This document shows positions 48,760-58,146 of a DNA stretch of 64,000 nt, piece by piece. This DNA comes from an uncultured virus (IMG/VR IMGVR_UViG_3300028552_000002). Lineage: Duplodnaviria; Heunggongvirae; Uroviricota; Caudoviricetes. Made by a program: the position numbers and the translations under genes. Positions within the stretch are counted from its first letter, which is position 1. Each line of letters begins with the position of its first letter. The notes under the pieces are model-generated. The model was given only the letters and a program-made list of their open reading frames with translations. It ran no database searches and had not been told where the DNA came from. Where the stretch lies: IMG/VR virus record IMGVR_UViG_3300028552_000002; one strand, 5' to 3'.

Positions 48760-49494
48760 ATGGCTTACACTGATTATACGACCGCTGTTGCTGATTCTTA
48801 CGACGAATTAACCGACGTCATTTCTTTAAACATGGTTTCAGGTTGGCAACCTTACGGTTTCCCTATTATGATTTCTAGAAATAATTCACGTTCTTTTCAA
48901 TTAATGCAGGCCATGGTAAAAGGCGGACCGGTTGAAGCTACGATTACGGCTGACGATATTACCGACGCGGGCATTATGGGAAAAACGCTTATTCAGTCGA
49001 ATGTTGCTTCCGATGTACAATCCGCTCTACATTACGCCGCTTCCGGTGCTAACTCCGATATCACATCACTTTCAGCGATCACGACACCGTTTACTGTCGC
49101 ACAGGGAGGAACCGGCAGTAATATTGCCGCGACTTCTCGAACAAATTTAGGTGCGGCTGCATCCGGCATTAATTCAGACATTACGGCGCTCAATGGATTA
49201 ACAACTGCGTTGCCGATTACGGAAGGAGGAACGGGAAACGCTTTAGGTAAAGCCGCAGCCCTGACAACGCCAAGCATTGTTTCATTGACCGGTGGAGCAA
49301 CAGCGGTCGGCGTTTCTTTTGACGGATCAGCTAATCTTTCTCTAGCGACAGTGTTGGCTACTCCGACCACAGTCTTACGCGGCGGCGCTTTACAGATGAC
49401 ATTTACAACAGCGCTTTCTATTGCGCCCACTGCGATAGATTTTAATGCTCTTCTTACTAAATTAATTGGTGCCGGATTGATGGCCGCGTCTTGA
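48760..49494 (+). CDS. orphan head fibre-like virion protein
   Basis: N-terminal GWQPYG...QAMVK domain, two AASGxNSDIT repeats and C-terminal DFNALLTKLIGAGLMA. Confidence 0.7.
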   Translation: MAYTDYTTAVADSYDELTDVISLNMVSGWQPYGFPIMISRNNSRSFQLMQAMVKGGPVEATITADDITDAGIMGKTLIQSNVASDVQSALHYAASGANSDITSLSAITTPFTVAQGGTGSNIAATSRTNLGAAASGINSDITALNGLTTALPITEGGTGNALGKAAALTTPSIVSLTGGATAVGVSFDGSANLSLATVLATPTTVLRGGALQMTFTTALSIAPTAIDFNALLTKLIGAGLMAAS

Positions 49495-49697
49495 TTTTGT
49501 ACTTTATTTGAGCAATTTGGCTGTCCAGTTGGGCGGCCTTTTCAGCTTTAGAGGTCGGAGGATTGACGTAAAGTGTAAGTAAGTGTTGCGAAAGCAGATA
49601 GTTGAAAAATCGATTGACAAAGCATAAAAATTGTAATTTTTCAGAATTTTGGGAATTGCCGCGAAAATGTACAGAAATCGGTTAAGTTTTAATCGCA

Positions 49698-49975
49698 CGT
49701 TCCCACGTAATCGGGACGAATTCTCGTGATAAGTCTCATGCGATAAAACTAAGGTCCTATAGGCTACTGTTTTATATAGATATAATTTTCTAAATTGCCT
49801 TACTTTACCACGTACTCGGCAGAAAGTTAAAATTTTCATTGTTCCATAAGAACGAGAATGTACTCGAGCTTTCTAAACTATATATACATACTTATATGTT
49901 ATACATGGTAAAGTAAGGTGATATAGAAAATAGTAGATATAGAAAACAATGACTTACAGAACTTTAGTTTTATCA
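49698..49975. repeat. non-coding locus with 73-bp imperfect inverted repeat (element copies B and C)
   Basis: 49742-49814 is the reverse complement of 49902-49974 at 57/73. 49698-49714 is identical to 3664-3680. Confidence 0.9.
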
Positions 49976-50163
49976 TTCGGCAAAAAATCACGACTTTTTT
50001 TATCGGCAGACGACTTTTTGTAATGCACACCTCGCGGCAATAGTCAAATTTATTTCATCCATCCAAATCGGTCATAAAATGACCATAAAGGATTTAAATG
50101 TTTGCTTGCTGTCGCGGCCATAAACTTTTAGAATTTACATATGGTTTTAAATGGAATTTTTAT

Positions 50164-50706
50164 ATGGCATATAATTTTAAAGATGATTACGTATTGGAGG
50201 TGGAACAATTTGCCTTACGCAACTACGCAGACGAAAACCGGGCGTCATTCGATTTGTATATCGAAAACAGGCTGCGCGGCGCGGCCCCGATCACGTGCTT
50301 AATGGTTAGCTTTGGCCTGGATTACATATCTGACGGCCATGGAAATAATCGCACTATCATGCTTGAAAGTAATCCATATTACATCGAACAATTTGAATCA
50401 CGGCTGCAAGATCTAAAATTGATGAAATTATGGAATCCAGGTATGTCGGCGCATTCTCTCGTTTCTTTAGTCAAAAGCGATGAGACAAAAGATAACGTCA
50501 GATTGAGCGCGATAAAAGAGCTGAATGTTATTTTCGGCATTACTGTTGTCGATGAGAACGGAAGGACCCGAGCTGTACGTAAATTGGACGATTTTTACAG
50601 GGAAGAGGCAGATATGGCCCAGGATGACGAAGAGTTGGACGACGAAGAGACCGAGACAGACGAAAATCCTTCACCAGCGGAACAAGGTGACGATTCAGAG
50701 GTGTAG
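50164..50706 (+). CDS. putative terminase small subunit
   Basis: DNVRLSAIKELNVIFGI motif, acidic tail, same strand as and upstream of terL; start uncertain (50098 or 50164). Confidence 0.55.
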   Translation: MAYNFKDDYVLEVEQFALRNYADENRASFDLYIENRLRGAAPITCLMVSFGLDYISDGHGNNRTIMLESNPYYIEQFESRLQDLKLMKLWNPGMSAHSLVSLVKSDETKDNVRLSAIKELNVIFGITVVDENGRTRAVRKLDDFYREEADMAQDDEELDDEETETDENPSPAEQGDDSEV

Positions 50707-50733
50707 GCATATGATTGTATTGGCTAACCAGAT

Positions 50734-50769
50734 AAAAGCCCGTAGCGTTCGATTTACGGGCTTTCTTTT
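50734..50769. terminator. bidirectional intrinsic terminator
   Basis: AAAGCCCGTA...TACGGGCTTT followed by CTTTT, between convergent genes. Confidence 0.75.
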
Positions 50770-50851
50770 GTAATCGTAATGTTAAATAAGAGTAATAGAA
50801 ATGATTGGCGCGGCAAGTTCGGTAAAAACTCTTCCTTTTTTATTTCTAATT

Positions 50852-51193
50852 TCATTTAATAAGAACGTTAAAAGATTTTTTAATGCACTCACGCAAATAT
50901 AACTCTTGTATCCGAACTTCACGACATTTGTCGTAAAATGTTGGATAAGCCAAATCATTCAGCGCGGCTATATCAAATTTATTTAACGAAACGGCAGGCA
51001 TGACAAAATCATAAACTGATTTGCCAGATCTAACACCGCCCAAGTTGCTTTTATATTGCTCATATTCTTTAGCCTCAATCTCAAATTGTGGTAGTTCTTT
51101 CGGCAGCAAAAATCTTTCAGGAATGCCAAACAAAGTTGACAAATCTTTCATGACTTGTTCGTGAAGGCGTTTAAGTTCAGAGTCGTTTATCAT
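50852..51193 (-). CDS. hypothetical protein
   Basis: GAGG RBS; overlapping operon. Confidence 0.6.
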   Translation of the reverse strand: MINDSELKRLHEQVMKDLSTLFGIPERFLLPKELPQFEIEAKEYEQYKSNLGGVRSGKSVYDFVMPAVSLNKFDIAALNDLAYPTFYDKCREVRIQELYLRECIKKSFNVLIK

Positions 51194-51374
51194 TAATGAG
51201 ATCCTCTAGTCGCATAAGGCATTCAAGCTCTTGACGCAACATGATTCTATTGATTGCATCAAAAACTTGAATGCCTGTATTGAATCCATATTCGTCAAAC
51301 AATTCATCAAAAGATTTAAATTGCTTCTTACTTAATCCCGTTGACTCGCTTGTAATCGGAAACTTGTTTTGCAT
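51177..51374 (-). CDS. hypothetical protein
   Basis: AGGA RBS; overlapping operon. Confidence 0.55.
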   Translation of the reverse strand: MQNKFPITSESTGLSKKQFKSFDELFDEYGFNTGIQVFDAINRIMLRQELECLMRLEDLINDKRL

Positions 51375-51756
51375 AAACTTTTCCTAAATAAAGGTAGCCG
51401 GTTTTCGTCCATTTGAAATATTCGAGAGCTTGCCGGTGACCGTCTGAAAGGGTAATCGCGGGTTCAACCGCGTCCGCCGTCCAGCATAGAGGCATTACGA
51501 CGATACCCTGATTATCCATCACATAGGCGTCATACTCGCCTGGAGAGCATGGCCCCTGTACATTCGTCAACTCAAGCAGTTGATAGCGTGTGATGGCCTC
51601 TACGGCGATTACGTCGGGGTGCGTCAGCTTTTCCTGTATCGTTTGGTCCTGCGCCTGGAGAACGTCGCCGACCTGTCCAGGGTAAATCGGTGCCGAAACA
51701 GCAGAAAATCCTGTCATCAAAAACGAACATAAAATAACCAATTTGAGCTTGTTCAT
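51328..51756 (-). CDS. exported protein with signal peptide
   Basis: MNKLKLVILCSFLMTGFSAVSA-P; GGAG RBS; Cys pair in the mature part. Confidence 0.7.
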   Translation of the reverse strand: MNKLKLVILCSFLMTGFSAVSAPIYPGQVGDVLQAQDQTIQEKLTHPDVIAVEAITRYQLLELTNVQGPCSPGEYDAYVMDNQGIVVMPLCWTADAVEPAITLSDGHRQALEYFKWTKTGYLYLGKVYAKQVSDYKRVNGIK

Positions 51757-51786
51757 TGTCGTTTACTCCTCATCTGGATTGAAAAG

Positions 51787-51963
51787 CTAATCAGTGAAAG
51801 GCTGACCATAAACGGAAATAGCTTTATCTCGCGCTGAACGTTTTTCAGTCTCCATGTGACGCGCAATAACGTCAGATAAAAACTTACAAAACTGTTCATC
51901 ATTCATATCTTGAACATCTACCGGGCTGGTTGTTATCGAAACTATTTTGTCAGTGTTTATCAT
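51787..51963 (-). CDS. hypothetical protein
   Basis: Open frame in operon; start uncertain. Confidence 0.45.
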   Translation of the reverse strand: MINTDKIVSITTSPVDVQDMNDEQFCKFLSDVIARHMETEKRSARDKAISVYGQPFTD

Positions 51964-51989
51964 TTTATCATTCCTAGAGCGTAAACCTT

Positions 51990-52208
51990 TCATTCTACTT
52001 TCTTCCATTGAGAAAACGTTCCATCAAGAGAGCAATAACGAGCCTCGTTTACATCATCAAAAATGATAAATCCGTTATATAAAACTTTTCCGCCACAAGC
52101 AATGTCTTTGCCACCAGGGCCAACGACTACAGAATAAATTTTGTTCATCGTCAAATCTTCGACGAAATCAGACATTCCAATTAGTTTTACTTTATCGCCA
52201 GCTTTCAT
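51990..52208 (-). CDS. small SH3-like protein
   Basis: MKAGDKVK...DLTMNKIYSV...IFDD; similar to 28893-29095. Confidence 0.65.
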   Translation of the reverse strand: MKAGDKVKLIGMSDFVEDLTMNKIYSVVVGPGGKDIACGGKVLYNGFIIFDDVNEARYCSLDGTFSQWKKVE

Positions 52209-52411
52209 TTCTTCACCTTATCTAAACACGTATCAAGATTTGAAATCATACGCATCATCATTATATTCTGAAGAGTTTCTATGCAATCAGGATCTTCACC
52301 ATAAATAGCCATGCATTTTAAACATGTGCCACCGCAATTGTAAAATTCTGATTCGGTATCTTCAGTTAAAGGATGTTTGCATATATCGCAATGAAATTTT
52401 GAGTTTTTCAT
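52205..52411 (-). CDS. small Cys-rich (Zn-binding) protein
   Basis: CDIC...CGGTCLKC; ATGA overlaps. Confidence 0.65.
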   Translation of the reverse strand: MKNSKFHCDICKHPLTEDTESEFYNCGGTCLKCMAIYGEDPDCIETLQNIMMMRMISNLDTCLDKVKK

Positions 52412-52752
52412 TTCTTCACCTCGAATTTATACGTTTTCCCGTTATAAACAAAGTCCAAAGCGCCAACCTTTTTCAGTCTCGTTCTGAATCTCGAATGTTT
52501 ATACAACGGTAAGCCCAAAACGTTGAAAGCGTGGGCGACGGACTTGAATTCGTCCACGCTTTCGTAAGGAAACCATTGCACAAAAACATGATTGCGTGTT
52601 GTCCTGGCTTTAAAAATTCGTGGATTGTCCCACGTCTCTTTTATTTGAGAAGATCTCTCTTTATTTCTTTTCTTTTCGTCCGAAATAAAGTTCTGATCGA
52701 ATTCTTCTTTTAATTCTTGTTCAGTTTTCATAACCCTATCATCCAAAATCAA
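52408..52752 (-). CDS. hypothetical protein
   Basis: FKSVAHAF...H.RFR.RLK basic domain. Confidence 0.6.
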   Translation of the reverse strand: MILDDRVMKTEQELKEEFDQNFISDEKKRNKERSSQIKETWDNPRIFKARTTRNHVFVQWFPYESVDEFKSVAHAFNVLGLPLYKHSRFRTRLKKVGALDFVYNGKTYKFEVKK

Positions 52753-52866
52753 TCTACATAAACGTCAATGAACAGTATGCCCTTTCCAGCCAATGAACGC
52801 AAGAGCTTTCGATACTTAAGAAAAACTGATATATTAGGAACATAAAAATAATGAGGAATTGTTGTT

Positions 52867-55401
52867 ATGTTATCCGATTTTAGATTCAACGCCACGACTA
52901 AGGGATTTAAGCTCAACCCGGCGCTACGCAGTACGTGGAGCAAGCCCTCAGATGTGAAAGTGATTTACGGCGGACGGGCAAGTTCAAAATGCTTAGGACT
53001 AGGTACCCAAGTCATGATGTTCAATGGCACGTTAAAAGCTGTTGAAAATATTAGAGTAGGGGATCTGGTCATGGGACCGGACAGCTTGCCACGAAAAGTT
53101 CTGGATACGACGCGCGGCAAGTCGCAACTTTATTTAGTGCATCAATCAACTGCCATGGATTACATAGTCAACGATGAACATATATTGTCGTTGAAGCGCA
53201 CCAAATCATCTTACAAAAGCAAACCTCTTGCAAATGTGGAAGGATATTCAATCCGGTATCCTGAATATGGAGACGTCGCAAATATATCAATCAAAGAATA
53301 TATGGCAAGATCTAATAAGTTTAAGACTAATTTTTTAGGGTACAAGGCTGGACTTATTTCTTTCGAAGAACAGGAAATTAAAATTGATCCTTATTATTTA
53401 GGATTGTGGTTAGGAGATGGGGATCGTGATAATGCAATCATCACAACAATGGACGAAGAAATAATTGACTACATGGAATCTTTTTCTATCAGTCAAAATA
53501 TGAAAATGTATTTCGTTGGAAATAATGGATCTAAAGCGTCTAAATATAGAATAGCTGAATATCAGAAGGGCGGAAAAAATAGAATATTAACTGCCTTAAA
53601 CGAATACGGAATTTTAACATATTTTACTAGGAAAGATAAAAAAGTAATCAGAAATAAAGTAGACAAAAGAATCCCTAAAGAATATATAAATAATTCAGAA
53701 GATATTAGATTAAAATTGTTGGCCGGATTGATAGATACTGATGGAACCTATTTAAAAAAACGTGCATCAATGGTTATTGTTTCTTCATGCGAAAACATGG
53801 CTAAAGACATAAAACTTTTAGTTGATACATTAGGGTTTAAATCTTCAATTTTAAAAAGAACGACTACAGCTCAAAATAATTTTGTTGGAACTGCATGGTC
53901 AATAACATTTTCTGGAAATCTTAACAGAATTCCAACCTTATTGCCTAGAAAAAAAGCTATAGAAAATAAAATTAATTGTAAAAATCATCTTACAACATAC
54001 ACAACCGTTTCAGATTATGGTTATGGAGAATATGCCGGTTTCTCTGTAAACGGAGATCATTTATTTTGTTTAGCAGACGGAACCGTTACGCACAATTCAC
54101 ATGATGCAGCCGGTCACGCCATCTATCTCGCCCAACGATTTACTTTACGATTTCTTTGCGCGCGGCAATTTCAAAATCGTATCAGCGAATCCGTTTATAC
54201 ATTGCTTTGCGAAAAAATAGCCGTCTCTGGATTTAAAAGTGAATTTATTATTACCAAAAATTCAATCAAACATAGATACACCGGGTCGGAATTTATCTTT
54301 TATGGTATTGCACGCAATTTGTCAGAAATAAAATCTGCCGAAGGAATCGATGTTCTCTGGCTGGAAGAAGCAAACTATTTAACAGAAATACAGTGGACGA
54401 CAATTGAACCTACCATCCGCGCGAATCATTCTGAAATATGGATAATATTTAATCCTGGCAATATAACTGATTTTGCCTATCAACGCTTCGTCGTTAATCC
54501 ACCTAAAGGCGCTATCGTTAGAAAAATAAACTGGGATGAAAATCCATTTTTATCTCCAAAAATGGTACGCGTTATTAAAGCAGCGTATGCCGAAAATAAA
54601 GAACAGGCAGATCATATTTACGGCGGAGAACCAATGACCGGCGCGGACAAATCTGTTATCAATCTTAAGTTCATACTTGCGGCGAAAGATGCCCATCTTA
54701 AAATTCCTGAATGGCCTAAAGATAGTGTGCGTAGGAGTGGCTACGACGTTGCAGATGATGGAGAAGATCTTAATGCAATCGTCGATTTTATTGATAATAT
54801 TATCTGCCATGTCGAAGAATGGAAAGGACTTGAAGATCAGCTAAATAAATCTGCGCATCGCGTTTATAATCATGCAATGCAAAATAATACGACGGTGACA
54901 TACGATGCGACAGGGCTCGGCCGCAATATGGGATCTAATTTCAAAGATTTTAATGCCGTTAATAAAGAAAAAAATATTCCTTTCAAATTAATTTATGATG
55001 CCTTCAATGCGGGGGCTGGCGTCCATCATCCAGATAAAGTTTTTCTTAAGCTGCCACATTTAAATGTTACCAATAAAGAATATTTCGAGAACGTGAAAGC
55101 GCAAGGATGGGTAGAAGTAGGGGAACGGTTCAGAAAAACATATGAACGCGTTGAGTTAGGAATTATGCACCCAATAGAAGAATTGATTTCTATTGACACA
55201 TCTAAAGTAAAAGAACCTTATCTTACGAAAATGTGTTTTGAATTATCAACGCCATTAAAAGACACGAGCAATAATGGTAAATTTATGGTCGAAACTAAAA
55301 AGGATCTGAAAAAACGCGACATCAAATCACCTAACATTGCCGATGCCGCGATTATGGCCGTGATGAAACCGGTACGTAAAGCCATGGGATTCTTTGATTA
55401 A
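52867..55401 (+). CDS. terL: terminase large subunit (intein-containing)
   Basis: YGGRASSK|SH Walker A, LCARQFQN, WLEEA, IFNP, GYDVAD and KSPNIADA motifs. Confidence 0.95.
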   Translation: MLSDFRFNATTKGFKLNPALRSTWSKPSDVKVIYGGRASSKCLGLGTQVMMFNGTLKAVENIRVGDLVMGPDSLPRKVLDTTRGKSQLYLVHQSTAMDYIVNDEHILSLKRTKSSYKSKPLANVEGYSIRYPEYGDVANISIKEYMARSNKFKTNFLGYKAGLISFEEQEIKIDPYYLGLWLGDGDRDNAIITTMDEEIIDYMESFSISQNMKMYFVGNNGSKASKYRIAEYQKGGKNRILTALNEYGILTYFTRKDKKVIRNKVDKRIPKEYINNSEDIRLKLLAGLIDTDGTYLKKRASMVIVSSCENMAKDIKLLVDTLGFKSSILKRTTTAQNNFVGTAWSITFSGNLNRIPTLLPRKKAIENKINCKNHLTTYTTVSDYGYGEYAGFSVNGDHLFCLADGTVTHNSHDAAGHAIYLAQRFTLRFLCARQFQNRISESVYTLLCEKIAVSGFKSEFIITKNSIKHRYTGSEFIFYGIARNLSEIKSAEGIDVLWLEEANYLTEIQWTTIEPTIRANHSEIWIIFNPGNITDFAYQRFVVNPPKGAIVRKINWDENPFLSPKMVRVIKAAYAENKEQADHIYGGEPMTGADKSVINLKFILAAKDAHLKIPEWPKDSVRRSGYDVADDGEDLNAIVDFIDNIICHVEEWKGLEDQLNKSAHRVYNHAMQNNTTVTYDATGLGRNMGSNFKDFNAVNKEKNIPFKLIYDAFNAGAGVHHPDKVFLKLPHLNVTNKEYFENVKAQGWVEVGERFRKTYERVELGIMHPIEELISIDTSKVKEPYLTKMCFELSTPLKDTSNNGKFMVETKKDLKKRDIKSPNIADAAIMAVMKPVRKAMGFFD
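52990..54096 (+). mobile_element. 369-aa intein with LAGLIDADG homing endonuclease
   Basis: Starts CLGLGTQV, block B VNDEHIL, YLGLWLGDG and LAGLIDTDG helices, ends GTVTHN followed by Ser. Confidence 0.95.
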
Positions 55402-55880
55402 TCTTTCCTTGGAATATCAGCTATCAGGAAAGGGTCTATAATAATTGACGAACCATTATCGCTCAAAGCAAAAGACTGATCATCTTTTGCTTTGACTATA
55501 GATTCTATCGATGTTCCATTCAATATTTTCAACGCGGTATTCGCTTTTAAAATATGTTCCTTTGAATACTCAATTTCGTTAATTTTTCGATTATAAAAAT
55601 TCGATAAAGCTTTTTCTTTTGTGTCTTGAAATGAGGAAGTTTTTCCTTCTTTCAAAGTTTTAAAAGTGTTTCGTTTGATAGTTTCTTTTGAATATCCAAG
55701 GAAATTAGAACTGTCGTTTTTGTTTAAGTTCCAAAAATATTCATCTACCGAATAATAATATGCAAGAGTTTCTTTTATTACAACGCGTTTTCTTAAAACG
55801 ACGACTATCTGCTTCCTTTCGTCGGTATACGTTTCAATGGTATACTTTTCATCATAATCATATCGATATAAATATTTCAT
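55398..55880 (-). CDS. hypothetical protein
   Basis: AGGA RBS; convergent with terL. Confidence 0.65.
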   Translation of the reverse strand: MKYLYRYDYDEKYTIETYTDERKQIVVVLRKRVVIKETLAYYYSVDEYFWNLNKNDSSNFLGYSKETIKRNTFKTLKEGKTSSFQDTKEKALSNFYNRKINEIEYSKEHILKANTALKILNGTSIESIVKAKDDQSFALSDNGSSIIIDPFLIADIPRKD

Positions 55881-55897
55881 AATAAAATCCTAAAATT

Positions 55898-55921
55898 AAG
55901 CCCTGAAGAACCAGGGCTTTT
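55898..55921 (-). terminator. hairpin, possible terminator or processing site
   Basis: AAGCCCTG-aagaac-CAGGGCTT. Confidence 0.5.
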
Positions 55922-55926
55922 ACAAA

Positions 55927-56952
55927 TTAAATTTCACCTTTAAAAGAAACTCCGCCGCCATGCACAGTGACTTCAGTAAGGATAATTTCTCCAGCTCCTT
56001 CTATTGCCTTTTTAACGTGTTCAGGCAAACATTTTTTCAACGTTGTGATGAATTTTTCGTAAGCATCTTTTGTTGGCGTAACAGAACATCGACAATTCGG
56101 TCCGGATGGATGGAACTCTGTCAAGAAACCGGTATAATCCTTATCTTTAGCATGATCCCATTTTGCCATAAAAGGATTCTGATTCCAAAAATCCTCTTTG
56201 TTTTTATTCCAAACTATATTGCTTAAATTTTTATTAGTTTGTGTAAGCTCCTTGACCTTATTGATTAAATCTTTATTTTCTCGTTTAAGCCCTTTGACTT
56301 CATCACGTAAGTTATCAATTCTTTTCTTCAAATTATAAGCCGCCTCGCCATCGTTAGGATGATAAACAGTTCCATCCTTGGTTTGAAAATCTTTAAGAGG
56401 ATTCAATTTCTTAATTAATTCTTCATTTTCATTGCGTAATTCTATAGTCCTCTTAGAGAAAATATAGTGCGATTCTCCGTCACAAGGTTTATATACATAT
56501 CCATCGGGATCAGTATAATCTTTTAGATTAGGAAAAACTTTTTGATCCCAATCGTTGCGTTTTGCCAATTCTGCCTTTAGATTTTCATTATCTTTTCTGT
56601 AAGCTTCCACTAATTTAAATTGGTCTTCATTTCTATTCTTTAAAGTGTCATTCGAGAATTGTAAATAGTTACTTTTATGTTTTAAACGATTAACCTCTGT
56701 ATCGGAAAGGGATCTTAAATAAATATTTTCTTCTCTATATTTTGAAATAGAGTCTCTAGCCGCTGATAATTTACGTTCTAATAAGCCGATGCGTTGTTGA
56801 CAATCGCCAACAAAAGACTTTTCATCAGCGACTGACAAAATGAATTTCGCCATGGCCGTACGATCTTGCATCGTGAAAAATGGTGAAGTTCCGTTGATAG
56901 CTTTGATTAGTTCATCTTTGCTGATCTGTTCGAACAATTCTTCTGTAGTCAT
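55927..56952 (-). CDS. coiled-coil protein with internal duplication
   Basis: Two D.....DG.VY.P.DGE..Y...KR units; AGGAG RBS. Confidence 0.7.
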   Translation of the reverse strand: MTTEELFEQISKDELIKAINGTSPFFTMQDRTAMAKFILSVADEKSFVGDCQQRIGLLERKLSAARDSISKYREENIYLRSLSDTEVNRLKHKSNYLQFSNDTLKNRNEDQFKLVEAYRKDNENLKAELAKRNDWDQKVFPNLKDYTDPDGYVYKPCDGESHYIFSKRTIELRNENEELIKKLNPLKDFQTKDGTVYHPNDGEAAYNLKKRIDNLRDEVKGLKRENKDLINKVKELTQTNKNLSNIVWNKNKEDFWNQNPFMAKWDHAKDKDYTGFLTEFHPSGPNCRCSVTPTKDAYEKFITTLKKCLPEHVKKAIEGAGEIILTEVTVHGGGVSFKGEI

Positions 56953-56963
56953 AAAATTTACTC

Positions 56964-57335
56964 CTATTCAAAATATTTTAAACGATTTGGGCCAGTCCAA
57001 CATTCGCGGCAAAGTCTGCGAGATTGATTACCGTAAAATATTTTACCACAACTAATGAACTGGCATACATGTTTTTTCTGAACGGTATCTTGATCATAAT
57101 CTGACGGAGTTAGAGTTCTCATAAAACTTTCTAATCTATCAAAATCAAGAACGCTATGATGTTTATAGATAGACATGAAACGACCGTTAAGAACGCAATG
57201 GCGGAAACCTTCAGGATCATCAAGATAACTGAAAAGAGTACTCCTCCCTATGCCTAGCTCTATTGCAAGTCTAGTTTTAGTAATCTTAAACGTTGCTAAT
57301 ATTTCCGGTATGGTAGTGACGTGAAAATCTGTCAT
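56964..57335 (-). CDS. ninH: NinH-like HTH protein with C-terminal Zn finger
   Basis: TIPEIL...TRLAIELGIGRSTL.SYLDD....HCVLNGRFM matches lambda NinH as I recall it; extra CQFISC...CREC. Confidence 0.7.
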   Translation of the reverse strand: MTDFHVTTIPEILATFKITKTRLAIELGIGRSTLFSYLDDPEGFRHCVLNGRFMSIYKHHSVLDFDRLESFMRTLTPSDYDQDTVQKKHVCQFISCGKIFYGNQSRRLCRECWTGPNRLKYFE

Positions 57336-57610
57336 AAAAATCTTCCTATAGTTCTAGGCCAGCGCGTAATCTCCTGATCATGCCACACTAAAATTTGAGT
57401 TTTTCTTTTAATATAAAATTTTTTCATAAACGAATCATTTTTAAAATCTAGTCCTCCTCGGATCACAAGGCAGTCGTCAATCGTAGCGTTTTCTAACGGT
57501 GAAAGTACTATAGTAGGAGAAGAAATAGATTGACAAATCCTTATCATATCGTCATATAAATAATTTAATAAGGAAAGAGCCAATTCTTTTAAGTGTTGTT
57601 CTCTTTTCAC
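57332..57610 (-). CDS. hypothetical protein
   Basis: GAGG RBS, GTG start. Confidence 0.6.
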   Translation of the reverse strand: MKREQHLKELALSLLNYLYDDMIRICQSISSPTIVLSPLENATIDDCLVIRGGLDFKNDSFMKKFYIKRKTQILVWHDQEITRWPRTIGRFL

Positions 57611-57619
57611 AATATTTCC

Positions 57620-58144
57620 TCAAAATGGGATATCGTCTTCTTCATTGCGTATTCTATTCCAGAGTGAAGAAGAATAATCGAAAGATTGAATATTTCCGCC
57701 AGAATAGACATTCATTTCGCTAGCTATTTTGACGGCTTCAATTGCGTGATGCCCGGCTTTCATTATTGCTTCCGCAATCTGCCATCCGCTTCCAAGAGTG
57801 GCCCGTTCTTCTACTATACAATAACTGGCATTCGTTTTAGATTCTGGCTTGACTAACTGAAAACATTCTCCTCTATCAGTGACTAAAAGAGCCATAAAAT
57901 TTGAGGAGTCTGTCCACTTTGTATCGTAATCAATGCCAAGCTTTACTTTTAGCCTATGAATCAATTCAAATTCATCGCCAGCATTGCCAGAGGAAGCGAA
58001 AGCAATAATTGTATGACCGTGAAAGATCCAATCCTCGAAATTATTGACGTAAAGTTTCTTACTCTTAAGAGAATTGACGGTATCACCTACGCTGGATTGA
58101 CTATCAGCGGCTAAAATATTTCCATCCCATGCAATTGTTGTCAT
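57620..58144 (-). CDS. HslV/proteasome-beta-like Ntn peptidase
   Basis: MTTIAWDG.ILAADSQ N-terminal Thr, SSG, LGSG and VYSGG motifs. Confidence 0.8.
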   Translation of the reverse strand: MTTIAWDGNILAADSQSSVGDTVNSLKSKKLYVNNFEDWIFHGHTIIAFASSGNAGDEFELIHRLKVKLGIDYDTKWTDSSNFMALLVTDRGECFQLVKPESKTNASYCIVEERATLGSGWQIAEAIMKAGHHAIEAVKIASEMNVYSGGNIQSFDYSSSLWNRIRNEEDDIPF

Positions 58145-58146
58145 TT

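Noticed and set aside
49504..49839. 111-aa minus-strand ORF
   Set aside because: No clear RBS, it runs through the inverted-repeat element, and the composition is atypical; probably spurious.
52749..52943. 64-aa minus-strand ORF
   Set aside because: Antisense overlap with the terL 5' end and its upstream region; no supporting motif.
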